Part shown: one piece after another, positions 24,274 through 35,600 of the stretch | Numbering within the stretch: the first letter of the stretch is position 1 | Layout: each line of letters begins with the position of its first letter | From: an uncultured delta proteobacterium | GTDB taxonomy: Bacteria > Myxococcota_A > Polyangia > Polyangiales > B10-G4 | Direction: 5' to 3' | Assembly: GCA_963727445.1 (NCBI GenBank) | Contig: CAVSGI010000010.1 | Location: 256,001 to 320,000, forward strand | DNA length: 64,000 nt | Translations under genes and position numbers: made by a program | Notes under the pieces: model-generated | What the model was told of the DNA's origin: nothing | Database searches by the model: none | What the model saw: only the letters and a program-made list of their open reading frames with translations

Positions 24274-24289
24274 ATCAAGGCATATAGAT
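24274..24289. promoter_or_regulatory. Candidate SahR operator
   Basis: ATCAA-N6-TAGAT near-palindrome just upstream of the sahR start; resembles the ATCAA...TTGAT SahR box as recalled. Confidence 0.5.
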
Positions 24290-24295
24290 CCGCCG

Positions 24296-25281
24296 ATGGC
24301 GTTGGCGGCCGCGGTTTCAGACCCACCCCGGTGGGAGCTCTACCGGCTCTTGGCCGAGCCCGTGCGCCTGCGCCTCTTGGCTCTCTGCTCCGAAGAGGAG
24401 CTCGCGATCGGGGAGCTGGCCGAGCTGCTGGGCGAGGGACAGCCCAAGGTCTCGCGCCACGTGGCACCGCTGAAGCGCGCGGGCCTGGTCTCGGTCCGCA
24501 AGCAGGGCACCCGCGCGCTGGCCCGCCTCGCCGAGGGTGTCACCAGCGATCCGGTGATCGCCGATGCGCTGCGCGAGGGCCGCGCCCTCTGTGAGTCGGA
24601 CGGGAGCCTCACGCGCGTCGCCGACGTCGTCCGCGCGCGCGAAGCGGCCGCGCGCGAGTTCTTCTCGAGGCCGGGCACCGAGGAGGCGCGCGGACTGCCC
24701 AGTGAGCTGCCCGCGTATCTCACGGCCCTCGCGCCGCTCCTCGCGCATCGCCAGCTGGCGGTGGATGCGGGCACCGGAGACGGAAGCCTGCTCGACGTCC
24801 TGGCGCCCGTCTTCGAGCGCGTGATCGGCGTCGACCGCGAAGAAGCGCAGCTCGACCGCGCCCGCGCTCGCCTCGCGGCCCGCGGCTACGACAACGTCAC
24901 GCTCCATCAGGGCGAGTACGACGACGCGTCTCTGCTCTCGCTCGTCGAAGAGAGCGGCGGCGCCGACGTGGTCTTCGCGGCGCGGGTTCTTCATCACGCG
25001 TCGCGCCCGGGACGCGCGCTCACGCGCGCTCACGCGCCTCGCGAAGCCGGGCGGCGCGGTCGTGGTCATCGACTACCGCGCGCCACGACGACGAAGCCCT
25101 GCGCGACAAGCAGGCCGACCAGTGGCTCGGCTTCGAAGGACAAGAGCTTCTCCGCTTCGCGGAGGCCGCGGGGCTCGAAGAGCCCTCGATCACCCGAATC
25201 GACGCGTCACGCTGTGGCGACGGCCCGGACGGGCACCTGGATTGGCAGGTGCTGGTCGCGCGTCGCCCGGAAGACGACTGA
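24296..25281 (+). CDS. sahR: ArsR-HTH + SAM-binding methyltransferase-fold regulator (SahR-like; frameshifted near 25020-25090)
   Basis: LAEPVRLRLLAL...QPKVSRHV HTH, DAGTGDG SAM motif, directly upstream of ahcY. Confidence 0.75.
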
Positions 25282-26671
<1,390 letters not shown>

Positions 26672-26688
26672 GGTAGAGAGAGCTTCGC

Positions 26689-26729
26689 CGACAACGCCCC
26701 CCGTCGCTCAGCGACGGGGGGCGTTGTCG
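26689..26729. terminator. Perfect 19-bp inverted repeat between convergent genes
   Basis: CGACAACGCCCCCCGTCGC-TCA-GCGACGGGGGGCGTTGTCG downstream of ahcY. Confidence 0.75.
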
Positions 26730-26749
26730 TCTCGAAGGGATGGGGTCGT

Positions 26750-26794
26750 GTCCCGTTCCCGCTCCCGCTCTCGTTCCCGTTCCCGTTCCCGTTC
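26750..26794. repeat. (TTCCCG/CTCCCG)n hexamer microsatellite
   Basis: About 7 tandem units, same family as the tract at 11380. Confidence 0.8.
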
Positions 26795-26800
26795 ATCGCC

Positions 26801-27748
26801 TCACCACTTCGCCTCGCGCTCGAGGAAGCGCTCGATGGCCGGCAGCACCACCTCCGGCCGCTCGACAAGCGCGAAGTGACTGGCGCGCATCAGGGCCATC
26901 CGCTGTGCATGCGGCATCCGTCTCGCGATCTCTCGCGACTGCCGCGCCGGCGTCAGGACGTCGAGCGCCCCGCTGATCACCAGCGCGGGCGCGTCGATCT
27001 CCGGCAAGAGGTGATAGACCGAGTGCGCGTCCAGCTCCTGGAAGAGGCGCATGTAGTTGTCGAAGCTCTCGCCGAAGACGTCCTCGCGATACGCGGCGAG
27101 CATCGGGCGCAATGACAGCGCCTTCGGTCCGGCGGTGAGCACGAACATGAGGGCCGTCGGCACTTCGGTCAGACGACCGAGGGTGCCCGCGAGCCGCGAG
27201 ACGAAGGCGCGTCCTCGCGCCAGCTCGGCGATGCGGTGCAAGCGCTTCGGCAGCGCGGGGATCGAGAAGAAGGGCTGAAAGCCGCTCGACATCGTGTGGC
27301 CGTAGGTTCCGTTCAACAGCACCAGACCCGCGACGCGCTGTGCGTGGGTCGCGGCGACGTCGAGAGATACCTGTACGCCCATGCTCCACCCGCAGAGCAC
27401 GGCGCGATCCGTCTCTTCGGTCGCCAGGATGGCCGCGGCGTCCTCGACGTGATTGGTGACCTGTAGCCGTCGCGGGATGCGCGGCGTGTCCGAGTCGAAG
27501 AGCCCGCGGTAGTCCCAGGTGATGAGGCGGTAGTCCTCCCACAGGCGGTCGAGGAGCGGACCCCAGGCGTAGAGTCGACCCCCGAGGCCGTTCGCCAGCA
27601 GGATGGTGCGATCGCCCTTGCCGACCACGAAATAGGTGATCCGGGTGCCGTCCTCGGAGACGCACTCCCGCCGGTGCCAGGTCTCTCGCCAGGGAGCGTC
27701 CCGATAGCGCTCGGGGATGGGCCCCGAGAGGGGAGGGACGGTGGGCAT
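26801..27748 (-). CDS. Alpha/beta hydrolase
   Basis: [14 protein letters not shown] nucleophile elbow, ASHF. Confidence 0.88.
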   Translation of the reverse strand: MPTVPPLSGPIPERYRDAPWRETWHRRECVSEDGTRITYFVVGKGDRTILLANGLGGRLYAWGPLLDRLWEDYRLITWDYRGLFDSDTPRIPRRLQVTNHVEDAAAILATEETDRAVLCGWSMGVQVSLDVAATHAQRVAGLVLLNGTYGHTMSSGFQPFFSIPALPKRLHRIAELARGRAFVSRLAGTLGRLTEVPTALMFVLTAGPKALSLRPMLAAYREDVFGESFDNYMRLFQELDAHSVYHLLPEIDAPALVISGALDVLTPARQSREIARRMPHAQRMALMRASHFALVERPEVVLPAIERFLEREAKW

Positions 27749-27834
27749 GGCTCCAATCATACGCCGAAGGTCTGGGAGAGGGCGCTCACCGATTTTCGTG
27801 ACGTCGGACAGTTATGGTGCGACGATACGCCGAC

Positions 27835-28518
27835 ATGGGACTGGTGGATGGCGAGGCGGGGCTGCACCTGGTTCGCGAAGCGCTCGAAGGAGTCATCGAG
27901 CCAACGGCGGCCTCGGCCGCGCTTTTCGAGGCCCTCGAGCGGCAGGGAACGGACGAGCTTCCCGGCTCCAGTACCGAGCTACTGGATTTCGTCCGGGGTC
28001 CGCTGCACACGGTGGTGGCGCGGCGCATCGGCGTCGTGGGCGCCGACGAGCTCGTCGAGCGGATGGAGCGAACGGTGGAGCGCGTCGAGAGTGGCCTGCC
28101 GCTTCGCGCCGGGGGCGCCAACACCCTCGAGATCATGATCGGGACGGGCCCGGTCCGCGTCCTGTCGGTGTCGACGAGCACCGCCCTGGCCGTTCGCCTG
28201 CGCGCGGCCCTCGGCGGCATGCAAGTCCACGTGGTGAGCGCGTCCGGTCTGGCGGAGGCGGAGGTCGAAAGCGCCAAGCTCGACCCCGACGTGGTGGTCA
28301 TCGATGCCACCGCCCCGGTCACCGATGACGGCGAAGGCGTCATGCGCTTCCTGAGCAAGCTCAAGCCGACCACCACCTCCGTGCTCTGGGGAGAGGAGCT
28401 CTCCTTCGGGCGCACGCTCGAGCACGAGGCCGTGCAGCGAAAGGTCAAGCTCACGACCGTGGAGCGGGCGGAGGGTGTGGATCTGCTCCTCGATCTCATC
28501 CGCTCTCGGCACAACTGA
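27835..28518 (+). CDS. Hypothetical protein (possible degenerate receiver-like C-terminus)
   Basis: Host-like codon usage; LDPDVVVIDA segment. Confidence 0.55.
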   Translation: MGLVDGEAGLHLVREALEGVIEPTAASAALFEALERQGTDELPGSSTELLDFVRGPLHTVVARRIGVVGADELVERMERTVERVESGLPLRAGGANTLEIMIGTGPVRVLSVSTSTALAVRLRAALGGMQVHVVSASGLAEAEVESAKLDPDVVVIDATAPVTDDGEGVMRFLSKLKPTTTSVLWGEELSFGRTLEHEAVQRKVKLTTVERAEGVDLLLDLIRSRHN

Positions 28519-28551
28519 GCTTCGGCACGGGCCGTGGTACCTTTCTCCGCG

Positions 28552-29217
28552 ATGCGCATCGGACTGACGGCCGCGTGCCTCCTCTCTGCGATGGGGTGCA
28601 TCTCCCAGGCTCCTCGCGTGGGTTACACGCCCTCGGGGATGGCGGGCAACGCCGTCTTCTTCGTCGAGTCACGCGCGGATCAGGACCGGCAGTATCTGGT
28701 GCTCTGCCATCCGCAGCGGACGCCGCCCTGCGCGCGCGTCGCTCCGGGCACCATTCGCAACGAGCAGGAGCTCGCGCATTGGGTCGAGACGCAGGAGGCG
28801 GCGCGCCGCGGTCGACCGCCGGCCCCGCGCCGTCCGAGCCCCGCCGCCGCCCCCGCGGCGCGCGCGCACGTTCCGCTCGTCGCCGATGACGACGATTGGA
28901 CCGAGTCCTCTGTGGTGGTCGACCAGCCACATCCGCCGAGCGAGGGGCCGCCCCCCGCTCCGTCGCCGGGCGTCGGCACGGTGAACGTCGTCACCCCAGG
29001 CGGCTGGGCGAATGTCTATGACTCGGACGGACATTTCCTGGGGCAGACGCCGATCCAGCTTCGGCTCCGCGCCGGAACGCAGGAGCTCTCGATGCGGCCT
29101 TTCGGGCAGCCGCCCGGGGACGCCGAGCCGCTGCGGGTGAACGTGGTCTCCGAGGAGTCGGTGACCATCGTGCGCCGTCTCGAAGGGACGCCCGACGTCG
29201 TCAGCGCGCAGCCCTGA
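28552..29217 (+). CDS. Lipoprotein with C-terminal PEGA-like domain
   Basis: Lipobox LSAMGC; GWANVY...LGQTPIQLRLRAG. Confidence 0.65.
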   Translation: MRIGLTAACLLSAMGCISQAPRVGYTPSGMAGNAVFFVESRADQDRQYLVLCHPQRTPPCARVAPGTIRNEQELAHWVETQEAARRGRPPAPRRPSPAAAPAARAHVPLVADDDDWTESSVVVDQPHPPSEGPPPAPSPGVGTVNVVTPGGWANVYDSDGHFLGQTPIQLRLRAGTQELSMRPFGQPPGDAEPLRVNVVSEESVTIVRRLEGTPDVVSAQP

Positions 29218-29232
29218 CCGCGGCGTGCGCGC

Positions 29233-30066
29233 TCAACCTTCGAGCAGCGCGAAGATGCGCCGCGCCAGATCGCGAGCCTGATGTTTCTGCGGGTTGTGGC
29301 CGCCGGTCGGGTACGCGGCGATCTCGGCGCCAGGAATGACCTGCGCCAGCTCTTCGCCGATCGCCGGCTCGGCCATGTAGTCGTCCTCGGCGTAGGCGAC
29401 GAGGGTGGGCGCGCGCACCGCCTCCGCCCGTCGCCTCGCGCGGTCGAAGTCGATCGCCATCACCACCGACAGGTCCAATCGGAGCTCGTCGCGGGTCAGC
29501 GAATCGGCGTGCGGAAAACGCATCCGGCGATAGAGCTCGCGCGAGCGACGCACCATGAGTGAGCCGAGGAGCGGCAAGCCCGCGGCGTGGTGAACCACGC
29601 GGGCGCCGACCGGCGGCAGCGCCATGCCCTCGTGACGGCGTACGCCCACGCTCGAGATGACGCAGAGGGCGGTGACGCGATGAGGCACCATCGCCGCCGT
29701 CGCGATCGCCGCCGGTCCCCCCATCGAATGACCGACCACCGCGAAGCGCTCGACGCCAAGGACGTCCGCGAGGGCGATCACCAGTCGCGCGCGTCCGTCG
29801 GGCGAGTAGTCGTCCCAGCGCGCGCCCCTCGCTGCGCCGTAGCCCGGCAGGTCGAGGCGATGGACGCGGAGGCGCTCGGCGAGGAGCGGTGCGAGGTAAC
29901 GGTAGTCGCGCGTCGTGCCTGGGACGCCGGGGACGAGGAGGATCGCCGGGGCGTCGGCGGGGCCCTCGGCGGTCGCGCCGACGCGGGTGCCGAGCACGGC
30001 GTGCACCGTGACTTCGGCGTCGACGGGCTCGGGGAGGCCCGATTCGCTCTGCTGCCTCTGATTCAT
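29233..30066 (-). CDS. Alpha/beta hydrolase
   Basis: DLPGYG, GHSMGG, GGHN. Confidence 0.88.
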   Translation of the reverse strand: MNQRQQSESGLPEPVDAEVTVHAVLGTRVGATAEGPADAPAILLVPGVPGTTRDYRYLAPLLAERLRVHRLDLPGYGAARGARWDDYSPDGRARLVIALADVLGVERFAVVGHSMGGPAAIATAAMVPHRVTALCVISSVGVRRHEGMALPPVGARVVHHAAGLPLLGSLMVRRSRELYRRMRFPHADSLTRDELRLDLSVVMAIDFDRARRRAEAVRAPTLVAYAEDDYMAEPAIGEELAQVIPGAEIAAYPTGGHNPQKHQARDLARRIFALLEG

Positions 30067-30067
30067 C

Positions 30068-30886
30068 TCAGTTGCTTTCAGGCGCGAAAGGACGGAGCTC
30101 GACTTCGCCGTTTTCCACCTCGACCCAGGTGGACTCTCGGATCGCGACCCAGTCGTCCATCTCGGAGAGCGGCTCGGAGACGATCGCGCGCGCGTCGTCG
30201 CTGAAGCTGTCCGCGTCCGGGTGGAGGTTGCGCAGGGCGTCGGCGTGCTTGCTGTAGAACAGCGTGCGCGACTCGCGCTCCGTGGAGTAGCGCACCGCGT
30301 AGATGCGTTTTCCGTCGCTGATGCCGAGGGTCATCATCAATGGGTGCGCGATGCCGGCGGCCTGGCAGGTCGACTCGACGAAGCGCGCCATCTCGGCGAC
30401 ACCCTTTCGGGGCTCGTCCATCAATCCGAAGGTGAGCGCGAGGTGGAAGAGCAGCTCGGTGTCGGTGGTGCCGGCGATCTCGGAGTAGAGCGACGGGTCG
30501 ACGGCGAGAGCGAGCTCGCGGCGCACTCTGTCGAAGTCGCGGATCAAGCCGTTGTGCATGAAGAGCCAGCGCCCGTGGCGAAACGGGTGGCAGTTGGTCT
30601 GCTGCACCAGGGTGCCGGTGGTCGCGCGGATGTGCGCGAGGAAGAGCGGCGACCGCACCTGTGCCGCGATCTCCCGGAGGTTCTGGTCGTTCCACGCGGG
30701 CCGGATGTCGCGGAAGAGCGCCGGCGTCTCGCGCTGCCCATACCAGCCGACGCCGAACCCGTCGCCGTTCATCGGAAGCTCACCCATGCGCGAGTCGCGG
30801 CTCTGCTGCGCGAGGGAGTGCTTTGCTTTGAAGAGGAGCTCCTCGAGGTAGAGGGGCGCCCCGGAGTAGGCGAGCCAGCGGCACAT
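30068..30886 (-). CDS. Class II glutamine amidotransferase (EgtC-like)
   Basis: MCRWLAYSG (N-terminal Cys nucleophile), NGDGFGVGWY, AHIRAT, NCHPF, MHNG, GTTDTE. Confidence 0.92.
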   Translation of the reverse strand: MCRWLAYSGAPLYLEELLFKAKHSLAQQSRDSRMGELPMNGDGFGVGWYGQRETPALFRDIRPAWNDQNLREIAAQVRSPLFLAHIRATTGTLVQQTNCHPFRHGRWLFMHNGLIRDFDRVRRELALAVDPSLYSEIAGTTDTELLFHLALTFGLMDEPRKGVAEMARFVESTCQAAGIAHPLMMTLGISDGKRIYAVRYSTERESRTLFYSKHADALRNLHPDADSFSDDARAIVSEPLSEMDDWVAIRESTWVEVENGEVELRPFAPESN

Positions 30887-30908
30887 GGCCGGCGAGTGTA
30901 GCAACGGC

Positions 30909-31688
30909 TCAATCCCGGTTGCACGAGCGCTGAAGGAACCCTTCGGCGGCGAACGCGCGAAAGAGATCCTTCCACACCGGCCAGCGGTGACCGCCGGCCG
31001 CGACGTGGACCGCGCGCGGCGGCAGGGTGTGCGCGAGCAGGGTGTGGCCTCGAACGAAGCGATCGTCGCGGCCGTAGCCGAGGTGCATCTCGACCCGGGA
31101 GCCGTCCGTTCGCTCCGGCTTGGTCGCGAAGCGCCACACGCCCCGGAAGAACTCTCCCTCGCCGCGTCGCCAGAAGCGATCGGCGACCGGCGGGGCGTGG
31201 GCGCGCCAGGCGCGCGCGCCGCCGGCATCCTCGATCTCGTCGAGCGCGCTTCCGCCGCCGAGATAGGGCGCGAGCAGGACCACGCCGTCGACCTGATCGG
31301 GTTCGGCGGCGGCCGCGGCGAGCGCGCCCATCCCGCCCAGGGAGATGCCCACCAGCCATACTTTCTCGTAGCGTTCGCGCGCCGGCCCGAGGACGTCCTG
31401 CTCGAAGCGATCGACGAAGACGCGATCGCGGTAGTAGCCGAAGTGCGCGTCGACGGCTGCCACGTCGGCGCGCACGCCGGCGCGGCGAAGCTCGGCGTCG
31501 AAGCCGTTGGCGCGGTAGTCCTCGGGCGAATCGCCGAGCCCCGGCAGGAGCACCACCAGACAGCGGGCGTCCGCCGCGTCGTCCTGCAGGTCCACGACCC
31601 GCATCGGCGTCGCGGGTGCCGGCGCCGGCGGCATGCAGCCGGCGCAGAGCGCGAGGAGACCAACGACGGTGGCGTGGAGCTTCCCCAC
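30909..31688 (-). CDS. Alpha/beta hydrolase lipoprotein
   Basis: Lipobox LCAGC, LLPGLGD, GISLGG, GGHRW. Confidence 0.8.
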   Translation of the reverse strand: MGKLHATVVGLLALCAGCMPPAPAPATPMRVVDLQDDAADARCLVVLLPGLGDSPEDYRANGFDAELRRAGVRADVAAVDAHFGYYRDRVFVDRFEQDVLGPARERYEKVWLVGISLGGMGALAAAAAEPDQVDGVVLLAPYLGGGSALDEIEDAGGARAWRAHAPPVADRFWRRGEGEFFRGVWRFATKPERTDGSRVEMHLGYGRDDRFVRGHTLLAHTLPPRAVHVAAGGHRWPVWKDLFRAFAAEGFLQRSCNRD

Positions 31689-31728
31689 GGAGCGATCGAT
31701 AGGGCACGGGGCAGGATGCGTAAAGCCC

Positions 31729-32469
31729 TCAAAGGTCGAGGAGCGCGCGCACCCGACGTGAGACCTTCTCGTCCCACTCGGTGACGGGGAGTCCCGTGCA
31801 CTCGGCGGCGATGGCGGCGACGTCCAGCACCTTTCCCGCGCTCTCCACACGCCCCTCGTCGAAGTGGGTCATGTCGGGGTGAGGCAGCGTGGTGCGCACC
31901 AGGGCGCGCAGCTGCACCACCTCCCACGCCGTCCACCCTTTGGCCCAGGAGGGGATGGTGTAGGCGCCGCGGCCGGCGATCACCGCGCGGAACGCCTCGG
32001 TGTGGCGGATGAGATCGAGGTCTTCGTCCTCGGCCATCGACCGGATGGAGGCGTCGTCGATGCCGCGCGCGATGGCCTCGCGGATCGCCGCGAGGGCGAG
32101 GTCGGGCTCGCCGAGGTCACAGAGGACGCAGGCGGCGTTGTGGTAGATGGCGATGTTGTCCGCGGCCACGACGATGGCGCGGTCGACGACCGCCCGCCGC
32201 TCTTCGGGCTCGCCGTGGAAGACGGCGAGGTAGCAGGCGTTGTTCTGGATCCGCAGCCATTCCTCGCGGAGCGGGGGGTCGGTCGGTGCGGGCCTTTTGG
32301 CGAGCCACCGATAGACGCGGAAGGCGAGGGCGCGGCGGCGACCCATGAGCGAATACGCGTAGGCCGACAGCAGGTGGAGGTCGTCGGGGGCCGCGCTGAG
32401 GAGCGCTTCGATCCCTTCGCGATCGTCCTCGTCCATCGTCTCGATGACGCTCGCGATGTGCTCGTCCAT
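31729..32469 (-). CDS. TPR-like protein
   Basis: IYHNAACVLCDLGE...DEDLDLIR (TPR end-of-group type). Confidence 0.6.
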   Translation of the reverse strand: MDEHIASVIETMDEDDREGIEALLSAAPDDLHLLSAYAYSLMGRRRALAFRVYRWLAKRPAPTDPPLREEWLRIQNNACYLAVFHGEPEERRAVVDRAIVVAADNIAIYHNAACVLCDLGEPDLALAAIREAIARGIDDASIRSMAEDEDLDLIRHTEAFRAVIAGRGAYTIPSWAKGWTAWEVVQLRALVRTTLPHPDMTHFDEGRVESAGKVLDVAAIAAECTGLPVTEWDEKVSRRVRALLDL

Positions 32470-32613
32470 CGGCCCACTCTGCCACCTCGACCGGTTGTGC
32501 CAAGTTGTTGCGTGGGGCGGATGCGCGCGCCGTGCGTCCGAGCCACGCCGCGATTTTGCCGGGGAATCGCGCGGCGCGTGGCTTGCAACGGGGAGCACTC
32601 GGAGGTTTCGGGC

Positions 32614-35600
32614 ATGCGCCATTGGCTCACTATCCAAGCGGTACCCCTCTCGATCGTCGTTCTCGCCGTCGGTTGCGGGGGCGAAGCGCCGCCGGAGCGG
32701 CACGAGAACTCGCTCGCGTCGATCGACGAAGGGCAGATCCACGCGGCCGTCGCCGGCGACGATCTCGCGATCGACGTGCCCGTTCATCGCCTCTCGGAGG
32801 CGGCGCTCTCCGGCCGGATCTCCATCGATCTCACCGACGTGGCGACCGGGACCAGCACCCACCTCGCGAGCGAGATGGCCGACGTCGAACAGGACGTGGA
32901 GGACCACGCCTATCGCCTCGTCTTCGCGGGCCGAGGGGTGGACTTCGAGCGGGTCGATGCCGGTCCGATGATCATCGACTGGCGGCTGCACCTCGACGGC
33001 GACGGCGACGATCTATACGGACATCGGAGCCTCTTCGACGCCCTGGGCAACCTCGACGTCTCGCTCCGTGGGCCGACCGAGCTCCCCGCCGCGGGCGACG
33101 CCCCGGTCCGCGTCGTGGTCCGCGACCCCTCGACCTACGCGCCGATCGAGGGCGCGAACGTCGAGGCCGTCCTGGTGACGCCTGCGACCACCGACGGCGG
33201 CGACCCGATCGAGCACGCGCTCTTCACGGGTACGACCGACGCGCGGGGCGAGCTCCTCGATCGCATCGCCCTGCCCGATGGCGTGGACGGCGGCAGCCTG
33301 CGCGTGACCGTGACCGATGAGGACGTCGAGGTCTGGACGAGCCGCAACGTCGGTCGCCGCGCCGACGACGCGCTCTACCTCGGCACGGACAAGACCATCT
33401 ACAAGCCCGGGCAGGACGTGCACCTGCGCCTGCTCGCGCTCGATGCCCTCGACCGGCAGCCGATCGCGGACGAGGACGTCCTCTTCGAGGCGCGCGACGG
33501 GCGGGGCAACAAGGTCTTCCGCCGGAGCGGCCGGACGGATGCCTTCGGCGTGGCCGCGGTCTCGGTCCCCACCGACACCCGCGTCAACGAAGGCGATTGG
33601 CAGTTCACCGCGCAGATCGCCGGCCGCCAGGCACAGATCCGCGTGCCGGTGCAGGCCTACGCGCTGCCCAAGATGCGCGTCTCCGTGGGCATCGACCGCA
33701 CCTTCGCCCTCCCCGGCCAGACCGCCCGCGCGACCATCGCCGCGCAGTATCTCTTCGGCGAGCCGGTCGTGAACGCGAACATCCAGCTCGAGGCCCGCTC
33801 GGTGAGCGGCGTCCCGGTGGGCTCGTTCTTCGCGACCACCGACGCGCAGGGAGCGGGCACCGTCGACGTCGCGCTCCCCGACACGCTCGCGAGCGATGCG
33901 CTCGAGCAGAGCGGCGACACGCTGCTCTTCACCGCCACCATCACCGACACCGCGGGGCAGAGCGAGCGGGGCGAGGCCGCGCTCCCGCTCGCGGCGGCGC
34001 CGATCCGCATTCAGACCATCGGAGACGCGACTCTCACGGCGGACACCGAGAACCTGGTGTACGTCGTCGTCACCGACGCGGTCGGCCAGCCCCTGGTGGC
34101 GGACGTCGACGTGAGCGGTGACGTCGCGCAGTCCCTGGTCACCGACGCCTCGGGCGTCGCGGAGCTCCGCTTCACACCGTCGGGGGACGAGGTCGCGCTC
34201 GACATCGCCGCGACCGACGGCGCCGGGCGGAGCCACAGCCGTTCGCTCACCCTCGGCACCTCCACCGACGCGCGTCTCGTGCTGACGAGCGATCGCGCCA
34301 TCTATCAGCCGGGCGACACGGCGCGCCTCCACCTGTCGGCCACCGGCGGCCTCACCCGAGCCTATCTCGACGTCTACCGCGGCGCGGCGGGCGTCCTCTC
34401 CGCCGCCGTCGATCTCACGGCCGGCGGCGCCGACATCGAGCTGCCGATCGACGGGGAGCTGGGCGGTCTGCTCGTCGTGGACGCCGTCGCACCCGGCGAC
34501 GACGGCGTGACGCATCGCGCTGCCCATCCGCTCCTCGTCGAGCGCGACGACAACGTGACCGTCGCGCTCTCGGCGGACCGCTCCGAGTACGGCCCCGGCG
34601 ACGAGGCGCAGATCTCCGTCGAGATCGCCGACAGCGCGGGCGTGCCCCGCGTCGCGTCGGTGGGCCTGACGGTCGTCGACCAGGCCGTCTTCGCCCTCGG
34701 CGGCGAGCCGACCACGAGCATCCGCTCCTCCTTCGGGCTCGACGGTCAGGTGCTGCCGCCGTCGGTGAACGTCGCCGGGCGGAACGTGGAAGACCTCCTC
34801 GCGACCTCGGACCCCTCCGAGCGCGAGCAGCTCGCGCGCCTGCTCTTCGCGAGCGCCGGCGACGTCCAGGGCCCGAGCTTCGACTACGACTCGCTCGCGG
34901 TCGAGCTCCCCGCGGTCGTCTCGAGCCTCCAGGGCAAGGTGACCGCCGACGCGACCACCTATCTCGAGGCGCTGCAGTCGTCGTCGACGGGTCCCTGGGG
35001 CACCGCGACCCTCACCGTCGACGACATCGCGAGCCGGGCTCTGAGCGCGCGCCTGGTCGATCCCTTCGGTCGCTACTACCACGTCGACGTCGAGGGCGAG
35101 GACGACTGGTCGCGGGAGATGGTCCTGACCTCGGACGGCCCCGACGAGACCCCCGGCACGCGCGACGACGTCGTGGGGCGCGCGTCGCTCTACATCGCGA
35201 CCTACGGACGCGCCGAGGGTGACTTCGCGGCGGCGGGCGGCCCCATGGCCGGCGCGCCTGCGCCCGCTCCGGAGGCGCCCGCCGAAGACGGCGCCAGCGG
35301 GGGTGGCGACGCCCCCGTGCGCACGGACTTCCGCGAGACCGCGTACGTGAACCCGACGCTGATCACGGATGCGAGCGGGCGCGCGACCGTGACCGTCCCC
35401 CTCGCGCAGTCGATCACGACCTGGCGGGTCTCGGCGGATGCCTCGACCGCGGACGGGCGCGTGGGCGCGAGCGTGCGCGGTCTCCGCACCTTCCAACCCT
35501 TCTTCGTCGACTTCACGATGCCCCTCGACCTCACGCGGGGCGACGAGCTCGACGTCCCGGCGATCGTCTACAACTACACGACCGACCCGCAGCACGTGGA

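Noticed and set aside
24160..24295. SAM/SAH riboswitch upstream of sahR-ahcY
   Set aside because: No recognisable riboswitch consensus; a protein operator explains the region.
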